Assembly (NCBI GenBank): GCA_965541585.1
Contig: CBEUCH010000002.1
Span: 32,001-96,000, forward strand
Direction: 5' to 3'
From: an uncultured bacterium
Lineage (GTDB): Bacteria > Zixibacteria > MSB-5A5 > UBA10806
DNA length: 64,000 bases
Below the pieces are notes generated by a model that saw only the letters and a program-made list of their open reading frames with translations, was not told the origin of the DNA and ran no database searches. Of the stretch, positions 48,975 to 58,836 are shown piece after piece. Both the position numbers and the translations under genes were made by a program. Numbering within the stretch: position 1 is the stretch's first letter; each line of letters starts with the position of its first letter.

Positions 48975-50216
48975 ATGATTCGTTTTAATCTATTCTTCGT
49001 TATTTTAATCTGTGCTTTTGTCGTATTGAATTGTGCAGATAAACCTTTGGTGAGTCTCGATGAAGGCCTGGCGCTCTATCGTCAGAATATGCTCGAAGAG
49101 GCCCTTCCCATTTTTGAACGAGTTGTCGAGCAGGATAAAAACAACCCGGATGCTCTGGCCTGGCTGGCGGAGACATACCGTCGCCTTGGCCGGTTCGATG
49201 AGGCGGTTGAATTTGCGGAGAAGGCGATCGAAATCGATCCCTGCAACAGCTTCAGCCATACCATAATGGCAGACGCATGCAATCCTATGTATAGCCCTTG
49301 GGAAAAGGCAGACAGGGATAAAGCCTGGAGTCACCTGCTAAAGGCGGTGGAATGCGATTCCACCGACGGCAATGCCTGGCTCTCCATCTGGACAGAGGCA
49401 ATATACCGCGGTGATCGGAAGCTGCAAAAGAAAGCGCTGCGATCTTTTATTGAAACGGGATTCTTAACGCCGGCAATACTTGCGTACAATCGCTGGATGT
49501 TACGGCATGTTCCGAAGAATGCTATTCTTCTGACAAACGGTGATATGGATACTTATCCAGCAATCGCTGTTCAGGAAGTCGAAAATTTCAGAACCGATGT
49601 GGCTATCGTAAACTACTCTCTGCTCAACACTCCCTGGTATGCGAAGTTCGTGTGCGACAAATATGGGATACAACTCCCCTTTCCGGATAGCCAGCTTGAT
49701 TCACTTAAACCTTATAGAGCCGAGGACGGAACGCTGATGACAACGGCGACTCAGATAATGAAAGCCTGGCTGGAAGAGCGGAGAAGCGGTGCACTCGCTA
49801 ACCCGATCGCCATAGCGGTCACTGTCTCCGATTTGAGCTTTGTGGGTGATTCTCGGGATCATCTTGTGATGATGGGAGCATTTCATTTATGGCAGCCGGC
49901 CCCTGCGAAAAATCCCGTAGATATGATAATGTTGAAAAAAAGTCTTGCCGGTATCGACCCCGATGAATTCGCCGGATCGTTAGCGAGCGCTCAGGATCGC
50001 AGTTCAGTGAGAATCGCCGGCACGAATCGGGTAGTCACGAATATTACCGAGATGGCTTTAGGTTATAGCAAAGGGCTTCTGGAATCCGGGAACTATCTGG
50101 AAGCGTATGAAACGCTGGCCTGGGCCGAGCAGTTTGAGAATACGACCGAATTGGGTCCATGTCTTTCCGAGCAGATAGAACCGTTGAAGGAAATTGCACG
50201 ACAGCAGATGAAATAA
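48975..50216 (+). CDS. TPR lipoprotein with a DUF2723-like soluble C-terminal domain
   Basis: Lipobox VLNC, TPR helices, 'ILLTNGDMDTYP...QEVE..RTDV...NYSLLNTPWY'. Confidence 0.75.
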   Translation: MIRFNLFFVILICAFVVLNCADKPLVSLDEGLALYRQNMLEEALPIFERVVEQDKNNPDALAWLAETYRRLGRFDEAVEFAEKAIEIDPCNSFSHTIMADACNPMYSPWEKADRDKAWSHLLKAVECDSTDGNAWLSIWTEAIYRGDRKLQKKALRSFIETGFLTPAILAYNRWMLRHVPKNAILLTNGDMDTYPAIAVQEVENFRTDVAIVNYSLLNTPWYAKFVCDKYGIQLPFPDSQLDSLKPYRAEDGTLMTTATQIMKAWLEERRSGALANPIAIAVTVSDLSFVGDSRDHLVMMGAFHLWQPAPAKNPVDMIMLKKSLAGIDPDEFAGSLASAQDRSSVRIAGTNRVVTNITEMALGYSKGLLESGNYLEAYETLAWAEQFENTTELGPCLSEQIEPLKEIARQQMK

Positions 50217-50574
50217 AAAATAGCGACGGTTGCAGGGATTATTGATTTATTCCTGAATCATCTCCATCTCATCTCTGATGGGGATGCCGTCGACATCGAT
50301 TTGCGGTATCTCTCTGACAACGTATTTATCCATGCGAACGAATCCTCATAATACATAGCAATATACTTTTCACTGTGGAAAAGAGCAATTGCTGTCGTTC
50401 AAGCGATCATTGCGGTAAGGGGTATCGCTTTATAATCCGTTGTTATTAAAACGGTTATAATTTCCGGCGATTTTCATTTGAAAAAGGTTTGTTTTTTTGA
50501 AACCTCGGGTATATATTGACGTATAAGAATTATCAGAAATTACGGATTTTTCAGGATAAATGGAGGAAACTGAC

Positions 50575-50853
50575 ATGGCCGGTAAGAGGAAAAAGAAATC
50601 AGCGGACTCATCGATATCTCGATCTCCCGGATGCTGCAATATCGAGTCCGTCGTAAATGTCGATGAGCGCGGCCAGATGGTCTTGCCCAAGGATTTGAGA
50701 GATAGAGCCGGGATCAATCCCGGTGACAAGCTGGCAATCGTAAGCTGGCAAAAAGACGGCGCCGTCTGTTGCCTGTCGTTGGTAAAGGTCGGAGAGTTTT
50801 CAGAGATGGTAAAGGATATGCTCGGTCCCATGATGACGGACATATCTAAATAA
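50575..50853 (+). CDS. AbrB-fold protein with two CC pairs (resembles the HgcAB-associated AbrB-like family)
   Basis: GGAGG RBS; 'CCNIESVVNVDERGQMVLPKDLRDRAGINPGDKL...VCCL'. Confidence 0.85.
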   Translation: MAGKRKKKSADSSISRSPGCCNIESVVNVDERGQMVLPKDLRDRAGINPGDKLAIVSWQKDGAVCCLSLVKVGEFSEMVKDMLGPMMTDISK

Positions 50854-50872
50854 TAAAAAAGAGGAGTCAATC

Positions 50873-51709
50873 ATGAAAGATTCGGAGATTAAAAAAGCGG
50901 TCAGGGAAGGCTACGCCAAGGCGGCCGAACAAGGATGCGGCTGTGGACCGGTTGACTCATCATGTTGTGGGGATGCCACTAAAGTAGAGAAGATCAGCGA
51001 GGGGATCGGGTATTCCGGCGAAGAGATGGGTGCGGTTCCCGATGGAGCCAACCTGGGTCTCGGATGCGGCAACCCCACGGCACTGGCGTCGCTAAAGGAA
51101 GGCGAAACTGTGCTTGATCTGGGCTCCGGCGCTGGTTTCGATTGTTTTCTGGCAGCCAGAAAGGTCGGCAACGCAGGCAAGGTGATCGGCGTCGATATGA
51201 CGCCGGAGATGATCGATAAGGCCAGGGCCAACGCTCAAAAAGGTGGATTTGATAATGTCGAATTTCGTCTGGGCGAAATCGAAAATCTGCCTGCTGCCGA
51301 CGGACATGTCGATGTCGTTATCTCGAACTGCGTGATAAACCTGGCGCCCGATAAAGACAGGGTCTTTTCCGAGGGTTTCAGGGTGCTGAAGCCGGGCGGC
51401 CGCATGATGATATCCGATATTGTACTCTTAAGAGAACTTCCGAAGCAGATTAAAGACTCGGTCGACGCTTATGTAGGATGCATATCGGGTTCCATCATGA
51501 AAGATGCCTACCTGTGCAAGATCGAGGAGGCAGGCTTTGTCGATATAGTGATAATGGCGGAGAAATCGTTTCCACTGGAGCTTCTGGCTAACGATCCGAC
51601 CGCAACTGCGATTATCAAGGAGTCTGGCATGACAGCGGATGAATTAGCAGAGCAGGCGGCCGATACGGTTGCCAGTATAAGCATCTCCGCCAAAAAGCCC
51701 CGGCCCTGA
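50873..51709 (+). CDS. arsM: Arsenite methyltransferase
   Basis: N-terminal CC, 'NLGLGCGNP', VLDLGSGAGFD, 'ISNCVINL', 'GCISG'. Confidence 0.93.
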   Translation: MKDSEIKKAVREGYAKAAEQGCGCGPVDSSCCGDATKVEKISEGIGYSGEEMGAVPDGANLGLGCGNPTALASLKEGETVLDLGSGAGFDCFLAARKVGNAGKVIGVDMTPEMIDKARANAQKGGFDNVEFRLGEIENLPAADGHVDVVISNCVINLAPDKDRVFSEGFRVLKPGGRMMISDIVLLRELPKQIKDSVDAYVGCISGSIMKDAYLCKIEEAGFVDIVIMAEKSFPLELLANDPTATAIIKESGMTADELAEQAADTVASISISAKKPRP

Positions 51710-51716
51710 CCGGCGG

Positions 51717-52610
51717 TCAGAGATCTTCCATAAGCCCTAAGCCCTCATCCAGCCCGAGGAGCCTGGTCTCGAGGAGTCTTTTAGCCTTGTCTGTCTTTAG
51801 CCCTCCCCGAAGAGGCCTTCCGGCAGGTTGGCTGAGTTTCTCCGTCATGATCGGCGTTATCAGCTTTGAATCGAGGTCGAAAAATGCCGCGGCTTTTAGA
51901 GCTGTTTCGTGACGCGATAAATAATCATCACCCGCGACATGCAGTATGCCGGTCAATTCTTTTCCGGCTGCCTCTATTGCTGCCTGGGCCAGGTTGCCGG
52001 CATAGGTGGGATTGCCGAACTGATCCGTGACTATTCGGATTTTTTTATTCCTGCGCAAGCTCGTCACCAGCCAGGTAATAAAATTCGGTCTTATATCCAA
52101 GCCGGTACCATAGAGAACATTGGATCGAATGATGAGGTGATTCTTCCCTGATTCTTTCAAGATTCTCTCCGAGCGATATTTTGTCCGGCCGTAATAGTTG
52201 ATCGGATCTGGAGTGTCCTCCTCGGAGTAAGGACCATGCAGCCCGTCGAATATGTAATCCGATGAGAAATGAATTATTTTCTTAAATGAGAGCTTCAGCA
52301 GGTTTTCCACCAGTTGCACATTTATGTTTTTGGCCAGCTTCCTGTTTTCTTCGGCGCCGTCGACATTATTATACGATGCGCAATTGAATATATAATCCGG
52401 CTTATAATCTTCGATTTCCGGTTTTATGGAATCGAATTCTCTCAGATCGGCCTGGATGTATCGCACCCCGGGCGGGTCTTTAAAAGGGTTGACGACCTTA
52501 TCGATTGATAAAATCGAGAAATCGGGATCGCGTTTTTCAACAGATTTAAAACAGCGGATAAGATGCTGCCCCAGCAGGCCGGCGGCGCCTGTGATGATGA
52601 CTCTTTTCAT
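51717..52610 (-). CDS. rmlD: dTDP-4-dehydrorhamnose reductase
   Basis: TGAAGLLG, SSDYIFDG, YGRTK, DQFGNPT; in an operon with rmlABC. Confidence 0.88.
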   Translation of the reverse strand: MKRVIITGAAGLLGQHLIRCFKSVEKRDPDFSILSIDKVVNPFKDPPGVRYIQADLREFDSIKPEIEDYKPDYIFNCASYNNVDGAEENRKLAKNINVQLVENLLKLSFKKIIHFSSDYIFDGLHGPYSEEDTPDPINYYGRTKYRSERILKESGKNHLIIRSNVLYGTGLDIRPNFITWLVTSLRRNKKIRIVTDQFGNPTYAGNLAQAAIEAAGKELTGILHVAGDDYLSRHETALKAAAFFDLDSKLITPIMTEKLSQPAGRPLRGGLKTDKAKRLLETRLLGLDEGLGLMEDL

Positions 52611-53614
52611 TGACGATTCTTATAATGAAGATCGTAGAACTTTCGATACTGGCCGCTTATGATCTCTTCCCACCATTTCCGATTGTTTTTGTACCAGTCT
52701 ATAGTTTTCTTCAAACCCTCGGCGAATTCGATTTCGGGCCGCCAGGCCAGTTCTTTTTCAATCTTGCCGTTGTCCAGGGCATAGCGATGGTCGTGGGCCG
52801 GGCGATCCTCGACGAACTTTATTAAACCTGCAGGTTTACCGAGGATATCTAATATCATCCTCGTAATCTCCAGATTTGTCATCTCGCATCGTCCGCCGGC
52901 ATTGTAAATCTCCCCGTCTCTGCCGTTTTCGAGAACCGTCAGGATTGCGCGGCAACAGTCCTCCACGAAAAGCCAGTCTCGGACATTGAGACCCTCGCCG
53001 TATAGCGGCAGCGATTCGTCGCCTACGGCCCTTGTTATAAAAAACGGAATCAGCTTTTCGGGGAATTGATTGGGTCCATAGTTGTTGCTGGCGCGGGCGA
53101 TTACAACAGGCATATCAAAGGTCTTATAATATGAACGGCAGATCAGATCAGCCGAGGCTTTGCTCGCGGCATACGGCGAGTTCGGCGCCAGGGGCGATGT
53201 TTCGGCAAAAGAACCCTCGGAACCGAGTGATCCGTAAACCTCGTCGGTGGAAACATGCAAAAATTTCAGGACGCCTGATTTCAGCGCCTCGTTTAACAAA
53301 GATTGTGTGCCGACCACGTTCGTTTTCAAAAAGAGACCCGGATCGTATAAGGATCTATCGACATGCGTCTCGGCTGCGAAATTGACAACATATTCGAATT
53401 TTTCGGAAAACAGGTTTGCGACATCGCGCGGATTGCTAATGTCGCCCTTGACGAACCTGTAGTTCTTACCGGTGATATCCTCGAGATTGGCCAGGTTGCC
53501 GGCATAGGTCAGCAGATCGAAATTCACTACTTCCCAGCCCGGTCTTTTTTCGCGAATCAGGTGGATGAAATTCGAGCCGATAAAACCGGCTCCTCCTGTG
53601 ACTAAAATCTTCAT
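52607..53614 (-). CDS. rmlB: dTDP-glucose 4,6-dehydratase
   Basis: TGGAGFIG, AAETHVDRS, STDEVYG, YAASK. Confidence 0.96.
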   Translation of the reverse strand: MKILVTGGAGFIGSNFIHLIREKRPGWEVVNFDLLTYAGNLANLEDITGKNYRFVKGDISNPRDVANLFSEKFEYVVNFAAETHVDRSLYDPGLFLKTNVVGTQSLLNEALKSGVLKFLHVSTDEVYGSLGSEGSFAETSPLAPNSPYAASKASADLICRSYYKTFDMPVVIARASNNYGPNQFPEKLIPFFITRAVGDESLPLYGEGLNVRDWLFVEDCCRAILTVLENGRDGEIYNAGGRCEMTNLEITRMILDILGKPAGLIKFVEDRPAHDHRYALDNGKIEKELAWRPEIEFAEGLKKTIDWYKNNRKWWEEIISGQYRKFYDLHYKNRQ

Positions 53615-53630
53615 AGAATGCTTTATGAGA

Positions 53631-54092
53631 TTAATCGTCCTTCCCGGCCCAATCGTAGGGGATCTGATCGGTGTCAGGATCGAGCCGGTATTCGTCCGGA
53701 TTACTGTGATCGTAGGGCTCGGTGGGGATATTGATCATGATAGATTCTTCGGGAGATATCGTTTTAAACCCGTGGTAAATGTGCGGCGGAATGACGACCA
53801 GCAGAGGATTATGTTCTCCCGTTGAAAATTCGTTAATCATTTTATAAGTTGGCGAGTCTTTACGAGAATCATATAGGACCAATTTTGCCGCTCCTTTGAT
53901 ACAGAAAAAGTAGTCGGTTTGAATTTTGTGGTAATGCCAGGCCTTGACTACACCGGGAAAGGCGGTGGTGAAATAAACTTGGCCGAATTGTTTGAATATT
54001 TCACTGTCCGAACGCAAGATTTCAGCCAGCCGACCTCTTTCGTCGGTTATTATTTTCATCAATCTCGTCTGGACCCCGTCGATAAGTTTCAT
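53631..54092 (-). CDS. rmlC: dTDP-4-dehydrorhamnose 3,5-epimerase
   Basis: DERG, KAWHYH, HGF cupin motifs; operon context. Confidence 0.9.
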   Translation of the reverse strand: MKLIDGVQTRLMKIITDERGRLAEILRSDSEIFKQFGQVYFTTAFPGVVKAWHYHKIQTDYFFCIKGAAKLVLYDSRKDSPTYKMINEFSTGEHNPLLVVIPPHIYHGFKTISPEESIMINIPTEPYDHSNPDEYRLDPDTDQIPYDWAGKDD

Positions 54093-54097
54093 TTTGA

Positions 54098-54844
54098 TTA
54101 TCTCTTTTGCTTCGACTGTTTTCGGGCCTGCAGACGGCGCACGAGATTTATGGTGTCATTGTAAGCGTTTATAGACTCTCCGGCATCCGCCCAGCCACCG
54201 GTCAGCATTTCGTATCTCATCGATCCACTTTTGATATAAGCGTTATTAACGTCCGTGATCTCCAGCTCCCCTCTTCTGGAGGGCCTGAGGGTTCTGATAA
54301 TATCGAAGACCCGATTGTCATACATATAGATCCCCAGAACCGCCAGATTGCTTCCGGGCTTTTTCGGTTTTTCAATGATATCGACCACCCGGCGGCCTCT
54401 CACTTCCGCTACGCCGTACTCCTCGGGGTTCCTCACTTTTTTTAAGAATATCATGGCGCCGTTTTTTTGCTTTTTGAATCGGGATATCGATTCTTTGATA
54501 TTCTTTTCGATAATGTTATCGCCTAAGATTACCGCTATCTTCTCGCCCCCGGCAAAATACTCGCATAACCCGATCGCCTGGGCGATTCCCCCCTCTTTAT
54601 CCTGATATGTAAAATCCAGATGTTTTAGGCCGAATTCCGATCCTTTTCCCAGAAGCTTTAAAAAATCACCGGCGTTGTTGCCGCCGGTAACTATCATGAT
54701 CTCCCTGATCCCGGCATCTACAAGGGTCTGGATCGGGTAATAGATCATCGGCCTGTCGAATATCGGCAGAAGATGCTTGTTGGTGATTTTCGTCAGCGGG
54801 TGAAGTCGTTTGCCCAGACCGCCCGCCAGAACGATGCCTTTCAT
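54098..54844 (-). CDS. rmlA: Glucose-1-phosphate thymidylyltransferase
   Basis: LAGGLGKRL.P.T...NK.LLP, LGDN, EKP, RGELEITD. Confidence 0.92.
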   Translation of the reverse strand: MKGIVLAGGLGKRLHPLTKITNKHLLPIFDRPMIYYPIQTLVDAGIREIMIVTGGNNAGDFLKLLGKGSEFGLKHLDFTYQDKEGGIAQAIGLCEYFAGGEKIAVILGDNIIEKNIKESISRFKKQKNGAMIFLKKVRNPEEYGVAEVRGRRVVDIIEKPKKPGSNLAVLGIYMYDNRVFDIIRTLRPSRRGELEITDVNNAYIKSGSMRYEMLTGGWADAGESINAYNDTINLVRRLQARKQSKQKR

Positions 54845-55100
54845 GAAGCCTCCGGTTTGCGGCAATATAAATTGAGGCGGACGCTATAATCAAGGTTTTA
54901 ATAAGGCGATTATCCGGAGTTTAAGGGGTGTATATATATTAGCGATCTGGGATAGCTCGTCTTTTAGCTTGTTGATAGTCGTTGTCCGCGAAAGGGAACA
55001 ACATATTTGGCATTGACGTTCAGGTTAATGATAATTCGTAGACTGAGCCCACAGGTTTGGAAATCGTCAATTTCGAGGGAAGAGGAGGAAAAAGCAGCCG

Positions 55101-56318
55101 ATGGCATTCAGAAAGAGCAAGAGACAGGGCAAGATTTCGGATAGAGAGAAGGATTCGCAGGGCGTGCCGAAACCTGTGGGAGATCATCGGGCCGGTAAAC
55201 CGGGTCTTTCAAGCGTTAAAAACATTATAGCTATCGCCAGCGGCAAGGGTGGAGTGGGCAAATCTTCCGTAGCCACCAACCTGGCAGTGGCCCTCAGAGA
55301 TTCGGGATTGAGCGTCGGACTTCTGGATGCCGATATCTACGGACCGAGCCAGCCCGGCATGTTCGGCGCCGGCAATGAGCGGCCTGAAATTGTCGAAAAC
55401 CATATCAAGCCGTTGAACAGACACGGCATCAGTTTCATTTCGATGGGTCTCTTACCGGGTGGCGATGGACCGGTGGTCTGGCGCGCGCCTCTGGCTATAA
55501 AAATAATCCATCAGTTTCTCGGAAACGTTCTCTGGGGCAAGCTGGATTACCTGTTGATAGATCTGCCGCCGGGAACGGGAGACGTCCAACTCACACTGGC
55601 CCAGCAAGCGTCCCTTACGGGAGCTATCATAGTCACGACACCGCAGGAGATTGCCCTGGGAGTCGCCAAAAAGGGTCTTAGGATGTTCGAACAGGTTAAC
55701 GTCCCTATTCTGGGCATAATCGAGAACATGAGCGGATTTTTGTGCAAACATTGTCAAAAAGAAACCGCCATTTTTGGCGCGGGAGGGGGGAAACGGATGG
55801 CCGGCGAATGCAATGTTCCTCTCCTTGGCACTATTCCTCTCGATCCTGAGATTATGGCAAGCGGAGAGGATGGGATTCCGGTGCTTGTTAAATCCCCGGA
55901 CTCACCGGCCTCGAGGGCTTACCTGAATCTGGCCGGGAAGCTTAAGGAGCGTATCGATCTTGGTGATACGGAGGGTAAGATCATCGAACCAACGCATATT
56001 GAATTGTCATCGGATAGCGAATTGCGCGTCAGATGGCCCGATGGACATGAGGGCTTGCATACGGCTTATTATCTGCGAATCAATTGTAAGTGTGCGGCAT
56101 GTCAGGATGAGGATACGGGTCGCCGGACCTTAGATCCGGACGGCGTTCACCTCGATATCAAGTTTACAGGTGTCGGGAGAGTGGGACGATATGCTATTGG
56201 GCCGAATTTTTCGGACGGTCACAACACCGGAATATATAGTTTTCAAAGACTGAGAGAATTTTGCGAATGCGCAGATTGCATGAAAACCAAGAAGAAAGAT
56301 GGGTCATTCTCCGTTTAG
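55101..56318 (+). CDS. Mrp/ApbC Fe-S carrier ATPase fused to a DUF971-like domain
   Basis: GKGGVGKS, DADIYGPS, DLPPGTGD, ENMS..CKHC; C-terminal CKCAAC, 'FSDGHNTGIY'. Confidence 0.92.
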   Translation: MAFRKSKRQGKISDREKDSQGVPKPVGDHRAGKPGLSSVKNIIAIASGKGGVGKSSVATNLAVALRDSGLSVGLLDADIYGPSQPGMFGAGNERPEIVENHIKPLNRHGISFISMGLLPGGDGPVVWRAPLAIKIIHQFLGNVLWGKLDYLLIDLPPGTGDVQLTLAQQASLTGAIIVTTPQEIALGVAKKGLRMFEQVNVPILGIIENMSGFLCKHCQKETAIFGAGGGKRMAGECNVPLLGTIPLDPEIMASGEDGIPVLVKSPDSPASRAYLNLAGKLKERIDLGDTEGKIIEPTHIELSSDSELRVRWPDGHEGLHTAYYLRINCKCAACQDEDTGRRTLDPDGVHLDIKFTGVGRVGRYAIGPNFSDGHNTGIYSFQRLREFCECADCMKTKKKDGSFSV

Positions 56319-56358
56319 TATGGATGATGTTTGCTAACATCATAACGATGGGAGGAAC

Positions 56359-56916
56359 ATGCCATTTCAAATCAGATTAGTTATTTTCATAGTCGGGTCT
56401 GCAGCATTAGTCTGGCTATCGTGGCCGTCGTTCCGCGATTTCCGCTCCCACGGCTTTTATCGTTTCTTCGCCTTTGAAGCAATCCTGGCTCTGATTCTGT
56501 TAAACCTCGATTATTGGTTTTACGAGCCGTTCATTATCCGCCAGATAGTTTCCTGGCTGTTGTTAATCATCTCTGTTTTTTTGGTTGTTCACGGGTTTCT
56601 ATTATTGCGTAAGTTGGGAAAGCCAGACAGCAAGCGGGATGACTCATCGTTGATAGGTATAGAAAAGACTACCGAATTGGTGACAGTGGGGGCTTATCGC
56701 TACATTCGGCATCCTATTTATAGTTCGGGCTTAATCGGGACCTGGGGAATATTTTTCAAACGGCCTTCTTTGGTGTGTGGTCTTCTTGCTGTAATTGCGA
56801 CTTTCTTTTTGATGATGACGGCCAAGATGGAAGAATCCGAGAATACACGTTTTTTTGGCGCTGCCTATCAGAGTTATATGAAGCAGACCAGGATGTTTAT
56901 CCCCTACTTCTTTTGA
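56359..56916 (+). CDS. Isoprenylcysteine carboxyl methyltransferase family membrane protein
   Basis: LVTVGAYRYIRHPIY, EE....FG..Y..Y......FIP. Confidence 0.88.
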   Translation: MPFQIRLVIFIVGSAALVWLSWPSFRDFRSHGFYRFFAFEAILALILLNLDYWFYEPFIIRQIVSWLLLIISVFLVVHGFLLLRKLGKPDSKRDDSSLIGIEKTTELVTVGAYRYIRHPIYSSGLIGTWGIFFKRPSLVCGLLAVIATFFLMMTAKMEESENTRFFGAAYQSYMKQTRMFIPYFF

Positions 56917-56937
56917 GATGCTAAGAAGGCCTATCAG

Positions 56938-57594
56938 GTGACAATGCCGCCCAACCAGAAAATCAAGATCACTGCGGAGCCATCACTGGATCCCCGGGTT
57001 TGCAAATTTATTGTAGATCGACCGATTTACCCGGGCCGATCGATCAACTGCAGAAAAAAGGAAATGGCCGCAGGCTCTCCCTTGCTGGAGGCGCTGTTCG
57101 AGATCGCGGGAGTCCGGGAGGTGCACGTCTCGGAGGATTCGGTAACGGTTGCCGGATCAACTGATGATAAATGGCAGGCTACAGGCAAACGGATCGGATC
57201 GATTATCCGGACCTTGATCGATTCCGGAAAGCCGTTGATCCCGGATGATTTCAAGATAGAGCTTCCCGTTAGTGGAGATATGTTCAGGCGTATTCAACAG
57301 ATTTTTGAAACGCGGATCAATCCGGGGATTGCCGCTCACGGTGGCCGCGCGGAACTCGTCGATATCAAGGGCACGTCAGTCTATATCCGTATGAGCGGCG
57401 GTTGCCTGGGATGCGGCGCTGCCGGTATCACATTAAAGCATGGAATCGAACGGACCATACGATCGGCTTTTCCCGAAATGAGCCAGGTTATCGATATTTC
57501 AAACCACTCTGCCGGGGAAAATCCTTATTACAGGCCTCAAAAAGATGCCGATGAGCCGTTTCCCGAACATGGGGGAAATCTAATCGAGGATTAG
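56938..57594 (+). CDS. NfuA/NifU-like Fe-S protein (N-terminal scaffold domain + NifU-C)
   Basis: 'SPLLEALF.I.GV..V', 'INPGIAAHGG', 'GGCLGC'. Confidence 0.9.
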   Translation: MTMPPNQKIKITAEPSLDPRVCKFIVDRPIYPGRSINCRKKEMAAGSPLLEALFEIAGVREVHVSEDSVTVAGSTDDKWQATGKRIGSIIRTLIDSGKPLIPDDFKIELPVSGDMFRRIQQIFETRINPGIAAHGGRAELVDIKGTSVYIRMSGGCLGCGAAGITLKHGIERTIRSAFPEMSQVIDISNHSAGENPYYRPQKDADEPFPEHGGNLIED

Positions 57595-57637
57595 ATAGAC
57601 CGGAACTTCAAAATAGACTGATCAGTAAACGAATTGC

Positions 57638-57666
57638 TTGACATAGAAATCCGGGCGAATTATCCT
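57638..57666 (+). promoter_or_regulatory. sigma70-type promoter
   Basis: TTGACA-N17-TATCCT. Confidence 0.6.
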
Positions 57667-57792
57667 TTTCCTATCGTTGGCAATGAAACGATAATTGACG
57701 GGAGGAGATACATTCTCATCTATTGAGTCCGGCAACTGCGGGTTGGCTGTTTTTGAGGGTTTGCTGAGAAACAGATATAAAAGGAGGTTATC

Positions 57793-58257
57793 ATGCCGGC
57801 AAACAAATTGAAGGATTTCTTAGACAGCAATAAGATCAAATACACATCTATCAATCACTCTCCGGCTTACACCGCTCAGCAGATTGCGGCTTCGGCCCAT
57901 ATTCCGGGAAAAGAACTGGCGAAAACCGTGGTGATCAAGCTCGATGGCAAAATAGCCATGGCCGTTCTCCCTGCTTCCTACAAAGTGGATTTTGATCTTT
58001 TGATAGAAGCAGTTAAGGCAAGCAAAGCGGAGCTTGCCAGTGAGCAGGAATTTAAGGACATGTTTCCGGAATGTGAGGTGGGAGCAATGCCGCCCTTCGG
58101 GAATCTTTATGGGATGGATGTTTTCGTGGCGGAGAGCTTGACCGAAGACGACGAGATCGCATTCAACGCCTGTTCTCACAAAGAACTGATCAGGATGACC
58201 TTTAAAGACTATGAAAAGCTGGCGAAGCCGAAGGTAATGAAATTCGCATCCCGATAA
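57793..58257 (+). CDS. YbaK/EbsC family aminoacyl-tRNA deacylase
   Basis: AAGGAGGT RBS; 'LAKTVV', '[13 protein letters not shown]', 'FNA.SH'. Confidence 0.92.
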   Translation: MPANKLKDFLDSNKIKYTSINHSPAYTAQQIAASAHIPGKELAKTVVIKLDGKIAMAVLPASYKVDFDLLIEAVKASKAELASEQEFKDMFPECEVGAMPPFGNLYGMDVFVAESLTEDDEIAFNACSHKELIRMTFKDYEKLAKPKVMKFASR

Positions 58258-58418
58258 CAAGGTGATCCATTTAGCCACGATCAAATTATTCCTTTGAGAA
58301 AGCTGCCAAAAAAATACTTGCACTCGGCTTTCGTTTTTCCATATTAACACCGGCAGATTTGGAGAATAGGATTTCCGCGGGGCGTCCCGCCCCCATAGCG
58401 GGTCGAAAGGAGACTCTG

Positions 58419-58607
58419 ATGAAGGTCGAGATTAATCAAGACGAGTGCACTGGGGACGAGATCTGTGTCGATTTGTGCCCTGAGGTCTTCGAGATGGAAG
58501 GCGATGTAGCCAAAGTTATCGTCGATGGTGTTCCTGCTGATGTCGAAGATGCCTGCCGCGAAGCAGCGGACAGCTGCCCGGCGGAATGCATTAAGATTAT
58601 TGAATAG
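58419..58607 (+). CDS. Monocluster ferredoxin (CxxDxxC...CP)
   Basis: AGGAG RBS; MKVEINQDECTGDEICVDLCPEVF...CREAADSCPAECI. Confidence 0.92.
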   Translation: MKVEINQDECTGDEICVDLCPEVFEMEGDVAKVIVDGVPADVEDACREAADSCPAECIKIIE

Positions 58608-58646
58608 CAAGGATAAACGAATTATCCTTTGGATGGTTTAAACCCG

Positions 58647-58684
58647 GCCCCTTCGCGATTCTGCGGAGGGGCTCGATTTCTTTG
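58647..58684 (+). terminator. Probable terminator after the ferredoxin gene
   Basis: GCCCCTTCGC...GCGGAGGGGC followed by a T-rich tail. Confidence 0.55.
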
Positions 58685-58836
58685 CTGAGAAGGCAGTTCA
58701 TGCTGCAGATACCGTTCGCTTCCTCTTAAGTAATATTCACGGCAGGAATGATCCTGCAATATTCTATCACACCCGTGGGGAAACCGCTTGACCCGCCTCG
58801 AAGTTGATGTATATAGCGGTAGAGAAAGGATAATCG

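Noticed and set aside
50247..50333. 28-aa minus-strand ORF MDKYVVREIPQIDVDGIPIRDEMEMIQE
   Set aside because: Modest RBS, no motif and no terminator; cannot be told apart from chance.
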